From the NCBI GenBank assembly GCA_951406725.2, contig OX597828.1, positions 72,416,001-72,480,000 on the forward strand: DNA of 64,000 nucleotides, in the 5' to 3' direction. A program made the position numbers and the translations under genes. Source of the DNA: Octopus vulgaris. Lineage: Eukaryota. Positions 46,742 through 61,936 of the stretch are shown here, piece by piece (the first letter of the stretch is position 1; each line of letters begins with the position of its first letter). The notes beneath the pieces were generated by a model. The model was not told where the DNA came from and searched no databases. It saw only the letters and a program-made list of their open reading frames with translations.

Positions 46742-46810
<69 letters not shown>

Positions 46811-47124
46811 TAAACAGACACACATTAAACAGACACCAAGTTTTCTATTCAGACGCACAGATTGACGCACGCACACATATACCTTTATAAAGTCTTTCGT
46901 TCCCCCAGACGTGTATATCATAATTTAGAAACATTTAGTTTAAATACATTGACAGAGGATTACAGTAGACATGTACGGGGCGCATATATTGTATATATTG
47001 TATTGTATTTTGTATATATAAAGAAATGTTTATGGTTTACGTACAGATATATGGAAATGAAAAAAAGACACATTTAAATGCTCAGACATTTATAGAAATA
47101 TACAACACTCATATACGTATATTA

Positions 47125-47156
47125 TCTGTCTATCTGTCTGTCTGTCTGTCTGTTTG

Positions 47157-47234
<78 letters not shown>

Positions 47235-47243
47235 CATCCATCC

Positions 47244-47325
<82 letters not shown>
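47125..47325. repeat. (TCTG)n/(TCTA)n microsatellite
   Basis: ~200 bp; similar tract at 12012-12102. Confidence 0.97.
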
Positions 47326-47555
47326 GAATTTACTAAAACGAATGTTCAGAGTGAACATGTTTAGAAAAAGAAAACAACAAAAATCTAATGATTTTGCAGA
47401 TATTTCATAATTTTCCCTACAGCTGTTTCAACGCTTAAAGAATAAACCTCTATATAATTACGCAATTAATATATAAAAAGTACATAGTTAATTAATTAAC
47501 TAATTTAGATGCTGAAATAGATAAATCCTTTGATAAGGAAACCAAAATTGATAAC

Positions 47556-47586
<31 letters not shown>

Positions 47587-47754
47587 ACACATACACACAC
47601 ACGAGCACAAGTATATACAACGTATTCACGTGTAGTTGTAAGCATGTTTATAAGCAATCATGTATTTATGCAATATAAATTCAACGTTGATTTTATGGAT
47701 TCTTTGCTGCCAAAGCCTTTCCAGAACAATGATTTTTTTTCCGAACCAGGGATA

Positions 47755-48190
47755 ACTCTTTTACTCTTTTACTCTTTTACTCTTTTACTCTTTTACTCTT
47801 TTACTCTTTTACTCTTTTACTCTTTTACTCTTTTACTCTTTTACTTGTTTCAGTCATTTGACTGCGGCCATGCTGGAGCACCGCCTTTAGTCGAGCAACT
47901 CAACCCCGGGACTTATTCTTTTGTAAACTCAGTACTTATTCTATCGGTCTCTTTTGCCGAACCACTAAGTGACGGGGACGTGAACACACCAGCATCGGTT
48001 GTCAAGCAATGCTAGGGGGACAAACACAGATACACAAACACACACACACGCATATGCATATATACATATATACGACGGGCTTCTTTCAGTTTCCGTCTAC
48101 CAAATCCACTCACAAGGCTTTGGTCGGCCCGAGGCTATAGTAGAAGATACTTGCCCAAGGTGCCACGCAGTGGGACTGAACCCGGAACCA
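47755..48190 (-). mobile_element. SINE family B with ~11-unit (GAGTAAAA)n tail, 5' end missing
   Basis: (ACTCTTTT)n at 47755-47845 then near-consensus body. Confidence 0.92.
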
Positions 48191-48510
48191 TTCATGTTTC
48201 AAATGAAAGAAATATTGAAATTTTCTTCAATAGTTAAACGAAAGACAGCTACCTGTGCATTAATACAAATGACATAAGTTTAATAATGCTGCAGTGTGCA
48301 GTGTCCTGGTCTGTGCAAGGTTAGCAGGGAACTAGTTTGGCGACCGGAGAATTTGAACTCCCTGCTTGTAAATTAGAACATCCGGATTGTCGGTGTCGTA
48401 TCCCTATATGGCAATAGACGCGATATTTCCTGATAATTTCTAGCAGTTTCCCACGATTCGTGAAGCACAATAAAATTGTGTTAAAACAAGATGATTGACA
48501 TAAACGGTGT

Positions 48511-49242
<732 letters not shown>

Positions 49243-49658
49243 AGACTTAAAATTATGAGCACTGAGGTCGATTCACTCGTCCAAGACCGTCGAAAGAAGT
49301 GGCCAGCATGGACGCAGTCCAATGATTGACACAAGTGAAAAATAAAAGATAAAAAGGATGATAAAGAAAATAGGATACAAGAGGAAATTATAGATTGACT
49401 CTGATAAGGAATGTAAATATATATATATGCATATATATATATATATATATATACATTTATACATTTATATACAAATACATATATATATATATATAAATAT
49501 ATATGTATATGCGCACACACACATATATATATGTATATATATATATAAATGTGTGTATATATGCACAGATTTATATATATATATATATGTATATACACAA
49601 ATATATATACACGTACATATATATATATACATAAATATACACATATATACATACATAT

Positions 49659-49715
<57 letters not shown>

Positions 49716-49940
49716 TACATTTATATACAAATACATGCATACACACACATATATATATGTATATATATATAAATGTGTGTATATATGCATAGATTTATAT
49801 ATATATATATACAAATATATATATACACGTACATATATATATATATATATATACATACATAAATATATACATATATACATACATATATACATACATAAAT
49901 ACATATATATATATACATATATATATACACATATATATAT

Positions 49941-50020
<80 letters not shown>

Positions 50021-50330
50021 GTTTTGATACAAGTTAAGGCGACATTTCAAGCAGTTCCGTCTGGTGCAATTTGGTACGTAATATAATATGTTAATAATTG
50101 TGGTTATGTAAATAATTTCGTCTCATACTGTAGTAACCGACAGCTATTTGACAGACAGCAATTTGTTAATATTACAGTAAAGATTTAGTAAATATAGACT
50201 GATGGTAGTTAATTGGACGTCTGAAATTAATTGTAAATTATTCAGTGCAGAAGGTTTTCCTCTGCAACTGTGAAATGATAGACATAACAAAAAGAATTTG
50301 TCTTTTTTATTTGTGACTTTCTATGACAAG

Positions 50331-50645
50331 GAGGGCCAACACGAGTGTCTCTCTTAGAAAGCTAGGGCCCATATCTCTCTTTTTGCAGACCAGTGCACAC
50401 GTCTCTCTTTCTGGGCTAGTGCCTACAAGGTTAGTGTCCATGCCTCTTTTTCAGGGCCTGTGACCACATGTCCCTTTCGGGAATAGTGCCCACGTCTCTC
50501 ACTCAGTGTCACTGTCCATGCCTTTCTCTCTCCCTCTTTCAGGGCCATGTCCACATCTTTGCTTCAGGACATGCAATCATGTCTCCGTCCCAGAGCCAGA
50601 GCGCACATCTCTTCCAGGGCCAGCATCCATGCCCCTTTTCCAAGG
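50331..50645. repeat. degenerate ~25 bp GC-rich minisatellite
   Basis: About a dozen units resembling GGGCCAGTGCCCACGTCTCTCTTCCA. Confidence 0.75.
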
Positions 50646-51659
50646 TGTCTGGTAGGTCATAGGAAGGGAGTCATCCTCAGATTTCGCCAATACTTATAAC
50701 AGAGGGAATTCTGCTAGAGGCACCCATACCTCAGGTGATGGTGTTAATCCGGATGACCGATTGATTAAATCTATTACATAGAAACAGGACAGACCCTGCC
50801 AAAGGGCTTCCACACAGTTACCATTTATCAAACATCGCACACATGACTTCAGTTGATGCAAATATATTACAGAGCAAACAACAGCAGGGATGGAGTGGAT
50901 AGTATCTGGACTCTTCTCCTTGGGCAGAGGGATAAATTTAATACATAACAATCAAAATTGGGATTTGGTATACCATTATGTTGGGTATAAAAAAAGAGTC
51001 AAAAGAGAAGTAAATTATTGACTAAAAACAAAAAAAAATCGGAAAATATTTGAGATCGTATTATACTAGAGTATAACCTTCCTTATTTCAGATTATGATT
51101 TCAAATCTTGTCTGAGACGATTACATTTTGGAAATATTCTTTCTACATTTAGGTTGGGTGCAGTTAAGGCTGTTTGTTAAAGAGGCTCAACTCCCAGGCA
51201 TGACATAATTGCATAGTAAAGAAGTTCAGGCATGACTTGAGCAGTAAAGAGATTCAATCTCCAGGCTTGGCTACATGGTAAAGTAGTTCTTTCTGTAACT
51301 ACATGGCTTCGGATTTGATTCCACAGAGTGACACCTTGGGCAAGTATTTTCTTCCTCGGGTTTATCAAAGCCTTGTGAATGAAATCTGTCGGACTGAAAC
51401 TGTTGGGTAAATTGACAAGTGGACAGTCAGGAGGTTGTTCTCGTTTTTGGATGATAGATTATATCTGTCACGTGGTGTAACACCACTACCAGCTGACCCT
51501 TGGGTACCTTTAAAAAGTTCCTTCCTTTGTAAACCAACAAAACCTGGGCTCTGTTCTAAGGACAGCTTCTTCTCACCGGTCTCGGAGACGCTGAACAAAG
51601 TTATAAACATTTTCTCTCTTCTGACTAAGAGATAAACGATTATACTTTATCTACAGAAA

Positions 51660-52243
51660 TAAGCGTGGCACCTCTTGAAACAGGCGAAGTGCTTACTCAG
51701 ATAAGCTTGGTATCCACTTCAATAATTTTAGTACCAACTCTCGTAAACTTCGTGCTTCTTAAAATATACTTGGTAATTACTCAGATATGATAGGTATTTA
51801 CTCTAATAAGCTTGGTATTTAACCAAACAAGTTTATCAGTTACACCAATAATCCTCGTACCTACTCTAGTTTGGTAATGAGATCTTGATGTGTCTTGAAA
51901 TAGGCTTTGTATTTACTCGTATCAGTTTGGAAGCTATTCTAATAATAGCTTCAGGGCCTATTCTAATAAGCTTACTATCATAGGCGCAGGGGTGGCTATG
52001 TGGCAAGTAGCTTGCTTACCAACCACATGGTTCCGAGTTCAGTCCTACTGCGTGGTACCTTGGTAGCTTCGGGCCAACCAATGCCTTGTGAGTGGATTTG
52101 GTAGACGGAAACTGAAAGAAGCCTGTCGTGTGTGTGCATATATATATATATACTCCCTGCTTCCATTTCCTGAGCGCCTATTAATAATAATACTGTAATT
52201 GTTCCCTTGTTGTTGTTTTTTTGTTTCCCGTTTGGATTAAAAT

Positions 52244-52275
<32 letters not shown>

Positions 52276-52746
52276 AGTGTGCGTGTATATGTGTGTGTAC
52301 ATATGTTTGCATGTCTATATTTACCCCCCCCCCGCCATCGCTTGACAACCGATGCTGGTGCGTTTGTCCCCGTAACTCAGCGGTTCGGCAAAAGAGTCCG
52401 ATAGAATAAATACTAGGCTTACAAAGAATAAGTCCTGGGTTCGATTTGTTCGACTAAAAGGCGGTGCTCCAGCATGGCCGCAGTCAAATGACTGAAACAA
52501 ATAAAAGAATAGAAGAATAAAAGAATTAACTAAAACACGCTATTCTAACCAGTTTGGTACATTTTGAAAAAAAAACAACAAAAGAAACGCTTGGTACTCT
52601 CACCAATAATAACCTAGGTACTTATAGAAACACGATTATTAGTTACTCAAATAACGTTCGGCGCTGCTCTTCTATATTTGGTATCCATTGATGTAGGTTG
52701 ATATCTGATGAAATATTTGGGCAAGTATTCCAGTAAGTTTGGTATC
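51660..52746. repeat. degenerate 21 bp minisatellite (51660-51975 and ~52540-52746) split by a SINE
   Basis: Units resembling CTTGGTATTTACTCTAATAAG at 21 bp spacing. Confidence 0.7.
51981..52525 (+). mobile_element. SINE family B with a nested family P 3' stub (52153-52240) in its internal (TA)n
   Basis: Head and tail match family B; insert ttcctgagcg..gtttggattaa matches the P 3' end. Confidence 0.85.
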
Positions 52747-52942
52747 AAATAAAAAGAAATTCGTGTCCAGATGGTTGATAGAAGTCAATTGATAATTCGA
52801 AGAGCTGTAACAAAATCGCTCTACCCTAACACCCGGCCCTATCTATTTGCTATAGAGCTTCGATAAAGACGCTCGGGCTGTAAGTAATGGCAGGCGTTTC
52901 TACCACAGCTCATACATCTCGCCCACGTAAACAAGGGGAGAG

Positions 52943-53155
52943 CGGCGAACTGGTAGAATCGTTAGCACGCCGGGCGAAACGCTTAGCAGTATTTCGCCTG
53001 CGGTTACGTTCTGAGTTCAAATTCCGCCGAGGTCGACTTTGCCTTTCATCCTTTCGGGGTCGATTAAATAAGTACCAGTTACGCACTGGGGTCAATATAA
53101 TCGACTTAATCCGTTTGTCCCCTCTGTTTAGCCCCTTGTGGGTAGTAAAGAAATA
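52943..53155 (+). mobile_element. SINE family A monomer, 16 bp TSD
   Basis: GTAAACAAGGGGAGAG at 52927-52942 and 53156-53171. Confidence 0.92.
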
Positions 53156-53740
53156 GTAAACAAGGGGAGAGGCAGCATCTGTTTCTTCATGCCCTTCCCG
53201 GAACTTCTTTAAGAGACGGAGTAGTCATGGATGGAATGCTTTTGATAAATAGGTTTGCACAAAAACACTACAACCCCTGTCGCCGTCACCATCGCCACTG
53301 CCACAACCTGGAGCAGTAACAGCAACAACAGCAAAAGCAGCAGAAACAAGAATAACGACAACAACAACATGATTGAGAATATATTTTGCAATAATTTAAT
53401 CTTTGTTGTTGTTGCTGCTGTTGGTATTACTGCAGCTGGTGTTGTTGCTGTTGTTGTTGTTAAGCAACAAGATGGGTAAGGGGGATTAGGTGATGGTCTA
53501 GGGCTTAGGGGGGGGGGAGACCCCAGACCTTGGGGAAAAAGAAAAACTTTGGTCGTCTTGTTGTAGTCGAGGGCTCTTCGTTGACGCCCGACACCACTGG
53601 GAGGTGGCCCTCGAAGTCGCTGGAAATGGAGATCTCCAGGTCCAAATTCTTGGACGGCTGCTACTGTTGTTGGTGCTGGTGGTGCTGCTGTTGCTTCTGT
53701 TGTCGTTGGTTACCACCAAATCGGTGGTAATCCAGCAACT

Positions 53741-53971
53741 GGCGGCGAGCTGGCAGAAACGTTAGCACGCCGGGCGAAATGCTTAGCGGTATTTCGTCTG
53801 CGTTACGTTGTGAGTTCAAATTCCGCCGAGGTCGACTTTGCCTTTCATCCTTTCGGGGTCGATAAATTAAGTACCAGTTACGCACTGGGGGTCGATGTAA
53901 TCGACTTAATACCTATGTCTGTCCTTGTTTGTCCCCTCTGTGTTTAGCCCCTTGTGGGTAATAAAGAAATA
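53741..53971 (+). mobile_element. SINE family A monomer, 15 bp TSD
   Basis: GGTAATCCAGCAACT at 53726-53740 and 53972-53986. Confidence 0.94.
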
Positions 53972-54235
53972 GGTAATCCAGCAACTCAAGGCTCGACGGC
54001 ATTCAGCTGTGACCATACCAATCTTCTTTTCAAGCTTATCGACTAACATTATCCAATATGTCCCTTTTTAAGAAACCGTAGGGTGAGATTTAGCTGCTAT
54101 TTCTTGCAGCTCGAGCGATTTTGTGAAGGCTCGCTCCCTTGCTGACTTTTACGTATCTACGTTTAGAATGGGTTAAATATGATGTTGTTTATGATAAGCA
54201 TTTCCTCAGCCAGCTATGATATATCAGCTGGACCC

Positions 54236-54730
54236 GAATTTGAACTCAGAACGTAGCGGCAGACAAAATACCTATTTCTTTACTACCCACAAGTGGCTAA
54301 ACACAGAGAGGACAAACACGGACAGACAAACGGATTAAGTCGATTATATCGACCCCAGTGCGTAACTGGTACTTATTTAATCAACCCCGAAAGGATGAAA
54401 GGCAAAGTCAACCTCGGCGGAATTTGAACTCAGAACGTAGCGGCAGACGAAATACCGGCAAGCATTTCGCCCGCTCGCCGCCTTTTTCAAAATTTACTTC
54501 AAGGCCAGTAATTTTAGGGGAAGTGAACAAATCGATTGGATCGACCCTAATGTACGAACGGTACTTTATTTTATGGAGAGAATGAAAGCAAAGTTGACCG
54601 CTGCTTCAGACAAAATGCTTCGTATCTGTCGTTTGTTATATTTTGTGTTCAAATCCCGCCGAGGAAAACTTCGCCTTTCATCCATTTGGGGGTACGATAA
54701 AATCAGTCAAATACTTTGGTTGATTTAATA
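54236..54730. mobile_element. cluster of family A SINE pieces (54236-54483 -, ~54490-54600 -, ~54605-54730 +)
   Basis: Core aaggatgaaaggcaaagtc / gcctttcatcc in both orientations. Confidence 0.8.
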
Positions 54731-54784
54731 TTCCTATGAATTTAATATTTCTACTAGTGGGGGGAGGGAGGTAATGGTGGTGGG

Positions 54785-54818
<34 letters not shown>

Positions 54819-54993
54819 GGGTAATGGTGGTAGTGGTGGTGGAAGTGGGTAGTAGTAGTTGTAGTAAGCCCACCTGATGTGAATGGAAATAGAATAGAAT
54901 AGAAAATAGCAAAATTAGCCCCCCCCTCTAAAATGTTTGGAAATTCAATGGACTCTGAGAAGCTTTGTAAATAAAAGAAAAACCCAACAACAA

Positions 54994-55027
<34 letters not shown>

Positions 55028-55347
55028 CTCCCCCCTGTAGATATGAGATCTAGCACTGACGATGTCTGCCGTAACACTCGTTAGATGTAATAAGATACTG
55101 CAACGTATCAATCATTGTGTATCGATTTTTCTGGACCCTTTTACTTATTTTGTGAGGAAGCATCTAAAAATAGTTCGTTTATGACTCCGGCGTCCAATTT
55201 ATCCAAAGTAAACAATCTCTAATAGACCTCACTCCACAGTTCATAGATTCTTTGCCACGATCTGCTTTATATAGACAATATTGAGGGATGGAATAGTGAT
55301 TTTACTTACTAACCTGTCATTTTTCCTTCTATAATTAGAAGAAGAAG

Positions 55348-55561
55348 AAAGGCTACGAGGTGGTAGAATCGTTATAGCACGCCGGGCAAAATGCTTAGCG
55401 GCATTTCGTCCGTCTTTACGTTCTGAGTTCAAATTCCGCCGAGGTCGACTTTACCTTTCATCCTTTCGGAATCCAAAAATTAAGAACCGGTTGAACACGG
55501 AGGCGATGTAATCGACTTATCATCTCCCCTGAAATTGCTGGCCTTGTGCCAAAATTTGAAA
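55348..55561 (+). mobile_element. SINE family A with second tail type; probable 19 bp TSD
   Basis: CTATAATTAGA(A/G)GAAGAAG at 55329-55347 and 55562-55580. Confidence 0.85.
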
Positions 55562-56639
55562 CTATAATTAGAGGAAGAAGGACGGTGTAAAGGAGCTTTT
55601 GATAGAGGGCTTCCGATACTCGTAAGAGAAAACATTCTCAAACCGGAAACCTGGCATGAGTGCTTCCAAAGGTAGCCTCTACTAAAGGCCCTTAGGGACT
55701 ATATGGAAATATTTAACCGGGTGATGGATTAAGTCTATATCACAAAAACGGGAAACGTCCGTTCCCTGTCCCTTAGACGTGTTTCCACATAGTTTCCGAC
55801 AACCAAATTTATTTCATCCAATATTTTAGGCATATAGCTCATCTCAAAATGAATAACTTTGCTAATTATCATTTATATTTAATTAAACAGCTGTGTCATT
55901 TTTAAGATTGTGGCAATGAACTCTCTAATTATTCGATAACTTGGATATAGCTTGGGTTGAATTTTTGTGTTTATCAAAGCACGTTCAGTAAATTTCTCAG
56001 GTATGTCTTCAGCATGAAGAACATAAAGTCAAGTGCGTGTTGATCTACATAAAGTAGTGAACGAAAAAAAGTCAGTTGACATTATATTGTTTATGAGAAG
56101 AAAAATCATTAGCGTTTCAATGATAATTCTTGTGAAGCAGAGCAGGGAAGAGAACTCTGCTTTATAAAGCATTAATTTGAATTTGGAAGGACAATAATAT
56201 TTGTCTCGTCTTGGAGCAGCTTGTATTTCTTCGTGAAATGTTAGGTTAGTTATTTAACATCGAAAATCTATTTTATTTCATAAAACCTAAGTAAAGAATG
56301 TGGGTATATGAGAATGGTTTGTCGTGCCGGGTGAGCGATATTAATTTCAATGACAACCTTCGTAAATGATCTGTTTTGGTCTGTGAATTTGGAGGTTTTG
56401 CTAGGTACATTTATTCACCTTTAGAATTGACTATGAAATATTATTTGGAAGGAAAATGCTATTTATTCATGATATCTAAGAAAATTCTTCGGCTATGTGA
56501 GCCATTAAAAATCTTTCAAAGAAATCTCAAAGGAATTTAAAGAAAATGGTCTGAGAGGAAATATTTATTTCAAACTTTTGCAGAAAGCTAGCAATTCCGA
56601 AGAGGTAGGTAGTGGAATATATTGACTGCTGTGCTCAAA

Positions 56640-57070
56640 TGGTATTATTTTATCGACGATGAAAGGTAAAGTTCACCTCGGTGGAATTTGAACTCAGAGC
56701 GTAAAGACGGACGAAATGCTGTGAAGCATTTTGTCCGGCCTGCTAACGATTCTGCCAGCTCACTACCCTTATTTACGCTAGGAAATATGAAAATTAAAGT
56801 TTGCTTGTGGAAATGTGAATAAACTTTATAAGGTGCAGGTGCGGTTATGTGGCGAAGAAGGTTGCTTCCCAACAATGTGGTCGTGGGTTCGGTCCCACTG
56901 CACAACCAATTGGGCAAATGCCTTTTACTGTAACTCTTAGCTGACCAAAGCCTATGAGTGGATTTGGCAGAAAGAAACTGAAACAAGCTTATCATATATA
57001 TATCCGAGACTTAAAAAATAAAAACCAAGCCCAATTTATCCACAGTTCAATAACTGAAACAATTAAGTGA
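56640..57070. mobile_element. family A fragment (56640-56770 -) and degraded family B copy (56830-57070 +)
   Basis: Recognisable A/B boxes and cores. Confidence 0.75.
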
Positions 57071-57341
57071 TGAAAGCTAAAAAAAAAAAAATATTAGTCT
57101 CAGTGAAACAAAAGTTTGGCTGAAGAGGACAGCGTTCTACATTATATTCATTTAAATATTTTTGTTATTAAGTTGTGAAAAAGCAACATTAAGGAGCTGA
57201 GGTCCTTTCAGAAGGGGCTGAAAAAGCTTGAGAAGGGAGACATCACGTCTAAGGGTCAGAAGTCGGAGGATGTATTTAGGAATATATATATTGTGCATAT
57301 ATATATATATATATCTATATATATATATATATATAATGCAA

Positions 57342-57437
<96 letters not shown>

Positions 57438-57744
57438 GTATGTGTGTGTGTGTGTGCTGTGTGTGTCTATATATATAATAATAATAGTAATAATAATAAT
57501 ATTATTCTTAATTATAATAATGATGATGATGATGGCAAAAATTATAAAAAAGGATTAAAACACCCAGTCAGATATCAATAAAGCACTCAGTCTTAGACAA
57601 ATTTGGTCAATGGCATCAAACAGACACTAAAAAATGCAAGTATACATCCAAGGTAATTCTTCAAATAGATCCAAATACCATTTCGAAGAATTTGAAGAAA
57701 TTCAGAGTATTAGACAATAATGTATTACACACACACACACACGT

Positions 57745-57876
57745 CAGCCATTCCTTCAGTTTCGCTCTACCAATTCCATTCAGAAGGCGTTGGTCGGCCT
57801 GATGCTGTATTAGAAGGCTGAGAGCGAACTCGGAGCCATGTGCTTGGGAAGCAAACTTTGTACCACGCAGCCACGC

Positions 57877-57960
<84 letters not shown>

Positions 57961-58345
57961 GTGTGTGTGTGTGTATGTGTGTTTATTATTCAAAGACGTG
58001 TGTTCGGAAAGATAATCGAAAGCGCTCACACACACGAGAGACTTCTCAAAAGGTTAGTGACTTTCTGGTTTATTTACAACTTAATTAAAAAATCCCGTCC
58101 TATATGTATATATATGTGTGTGTCTGTGTGTGTCTCTGTCTGTGTGTACGTGTATACATGTGTGTCTGTATTTGTTCATCCCCCCAACATCGCTTGACAA
58201 CCGATGTTAGTATGTTTACGTCCTCGTAAACTAGCGGTTCGGCAAAAGAGACGGATAGAATATGTACTAGGCTTACAAAGAATAAGTCCTGGGGCCGATT
58301 TGCTCGACTAAATGTGGTGCTCAAGAATGGCCGCATTCAAATGAC
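57745..58345. mobile_element. family B head (57745-57880 -) and family B 3' half (58170-58345 +)
   Basis: Segment matches to family B. Confidence 0.75.
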
Positions 58346-58365
58346 TGGAACTAGTAAAAGAGTAT

Positions 58366-58398
<33 letters not shown>

Positions 58399-58445
58399 CA
58401 TATTCACATACAAACATCTATCTATCTATCTGTTTATCTATATAA

Positions 58446-58516
<71 letters not shown>

Positions 58517-58929
58517 ATATATATATATATATCACATATATATATATGATGTATGTTGCATAGTTAGATTACATTCGTGACACTTCCGCGAATCCATAGC
58601 TAAGAAGGCATTTGCCCTAAATGTCCTTGTATGGGATTGAAACCAAAACTGTTGAGATGTAAAAAGAACAAAATCAAGACAAAACAAATAAAAGAACAAC
58701 AAAAAGCAAAAGATAAACGTCCGAGGACACAGCGACTCCTTCGATGTTTGCTACGTGTTTTTCTTCTATCTTTGCAGTGTACTATCATATGTACTATTAT
58801 GTAACTTCTATGGTGTTACTATGTCAACTACTATACTATTATGCAACTTATATTTCATATAACTCTACTACTACGAGACGCCTATGTTGTCTCTGTGGCA
58901 CTGCAATGTAGAATAATGGTAAGAAATGT

Positions 58930-58963
<34 letters not shown>

Positions 58964-59105
58964 GGAGAAGAAACCAGAAAATGTTAGAAATTCGAAAAGT
59001 ACAACTCATGAAATATTGATAAAAAAGACATTTTAGAGATTTAAAAATTAATTTGTCATTAAAAAAGATACCGGACAGATTGTCGTGTCACGTGTGACGT
59101 GCAAT

Positions 59106-59139
<34 letters not shown>

Positions 59140-59378
59140 TGTGGTCATACAGTCATGGATTTCTGGTGCTGACTCCGCACTCCAGGTTCCTGATCTCAAA
59201 GAAACAAATATGAATTATTCCTTTTATACATACATACATACATACATACATACATACACACATACATACATACATACATACACACACGTGCAAACACACA
59301 TATACGTATATGTGTGTGTGTGGGGGGGATGTATATCTGTATATATGAATACGTACTTATATAATTACACACACACTT

Positions 59379-59429
<51 letters not shown>

Positions 59430-59644
59430 ATAATAATAAAAGGGTAAAATTAATTAAGTAATCAATTAAATTAATAAATAATTAATAATTTTACCAAGTA
59501 GTCGGTACGTTTAAAAAACCTTTTTAGGTAAAATTATACAAATATTCTATACTCTGTGTATGTATATGTATGTATATATATATATATATATATGTATATA
59601 TAGACACACATATACATACATATTTTTTATTTTTATTTTTTTTT

Positions 59645-59867
59645 TCTTCTTTCAGTTCAGAGCTGCGGCCATGCTCATGCACCGCCGTTTTGTGCTACAC
59701 TGTTATTACGAAGGACCTCCTCTAATATGTGGCACTTGGTGAAGAATGGAGTTTGATATAGCTACTCCCATTTGCACCTCTTGCCGTGAGGTAGGTTCAT
59801 CTGAGACTCTCGACAGGAAGATGGCCAGCTTTGATTTAAAAACCGCTACATCTACTTTGTGCAAGTT

Positions 59868-59870
<3 letters not shown>
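59645..59870 (-). mobile_element. LINE 3' end, same family as 431-660
   Basis: RNLHKVDVAVFKSKLAIFLSRVSDEPTSRQEVQMGVAISNSILHQ..stop(59706-59708) + GGCGGTGCATGAGCATGGCCGCAGCTCTGAACTGAAA. Confidence 0.78.
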
Positions 59871-59936
<66 letters not shown>

Positions 59937-60094
59937 ACACAAATGCATTCATATCTTTGTGTGTGTGTGTGTGTGTAGTTATATATAATCATGTCTACTA
60001 TATATAAAATATACATATGTAAGCATATGTATGTATAGACATGCATAGAATTACACATATATCCCTATTCATGTGTGTATATAGAATTATAGCG

Positions 60095-60125
<31 letters not shown>

Positions 60126-60163
60126 ATATATCTATATATATATAATTTTGCTTATATAAATAA

Positions 60164-60198
<35 letters not shown>

Positions 60199-60238
60199 CG
60201 CACACACATATATATAGATATATATATATAAATGTGTG

Positions 60239-60306
<68 letters not shown>

Positions 60307-60718
60307 TACATATATATAAATATATAAATACATATATACATATATAAACAAGAGTTTAAGACGAACTAATCGACATCATGGCGTATTTCTTAAGCCTAAT
60401 GCTTACTCTTTCGGACTCTTTCGAACCTGGCACAATGTGGTTGGGAAGCAAGCTTCTTACCACTCAGTAACGCCTGGGTCATGAGGAATGTATATGTATA
60501 TATGTATATATATATATATATATCATTTATATACACACACGAGAAAACACAGGAGGATCATTTAATTATGATTCTATTGAATATATTCCCCTCTCAGTTT
60601 CACACATTTGGAGCGGTCTTTGAGTTTTTCTAAGTCCTGTAAAAGAACTCAAAAGTTTGGACCTTCACCCAGGCCTTACGCGACACCCTTAAAGTCAGGA
60701 ACTTTTCAGCACCCCTCC

Positions 60719-60782
<64 letters not shown>

Positions 60783-60866
60783 TTAAGATAATAGGGATTT
60801 TTATCTTTATGAAATTTCTTTGGCACATATGTAAAAATATTCGTGTAGAAATTCCATATTATATCG

Positions 60867-60929
<63 letters not shown>

Positions 60930-61512
60930 ACACACACAGACACACACGCAATGATATTAGAGCTAGACATAGCAACAAATATCTCTCAAATCAGCGTATC
61001 ATTTTGGAAGGTAAATATACATAGCGGGTGAACACACTGGTTAAAGTAATCGTTTACATCGCCGCCTTCGTAAAAGACGTGTTGGCCACGGTTGGAAAAC
61101 TCTTTGTTTATGGATATGCTGGGCATAATTATTGGTGACCCAGTGAAAACCACCAACAACAATAGCAGTCATTGTTGCTGCATCATACGTTTATTAAGAT
61201 ACATCCGAACAATAAACATGTAGACACACATAGCTCTGTTGTAAGGAATTAACTCTCCTACGAGAAGACAACACACACACACACGCGCACACATACGCAC
61301 ACATGCACTTCCCCGCGCACACACATGCAAAGTTACGCATCTACACACACACGTACGTGCACAGACAAATTGTATAGCAACGATGGAAGGATATTTCCAT
61401 GAGTGCGTGTGAATATATAATTTGCATGTATGTATATTCATCCGCACGCACACGTACACACACACACATACATATATGTTGTGTATACAAATATACAGAT
61501 ACACACACACAC

Positions 61513-61555
<43 letters not shown>

Positions 61556-61870
61556 CATATACATATACATATATGTACATATATATATATATACATATAT
61601 ATACATATATATATACATGTATATGAATATTGTGTACACAAATATAAACCTGAATACACAATACATTTAATAGTAGGCTTCGTCACGTGTAGATCGCCAT
61701 ATATGTATATATAAATGCTTTATTATTAAAGCTACAGATATATCACAAAGAACTTATGACCAAGAATGGAATAAAATTTTTTTGTTCCATTCTTCATCAC
61801 AACTGCCCGACGACGAACGGGAACGTAAAATTCTGAGCAACAGTCTTTTGTGATGTTGTGATGTTATATG

Positions 61871-61936
<66 letters not shown>

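Noticed and set aside
47410-47435. Minus-strand GAAACAGCTGTA hammerhead half (also GAAACACACGTC at ~7143)
   Set aside because: No CUGANGA partner or stem I found nearby; at most truncated remnants
50331-52746. Short repeats at regular spacing as a CRISPR-like array
   Set aside because: Units are directly adjacent and degenerate with no unique spacers; eukaryotic context, no cas genes
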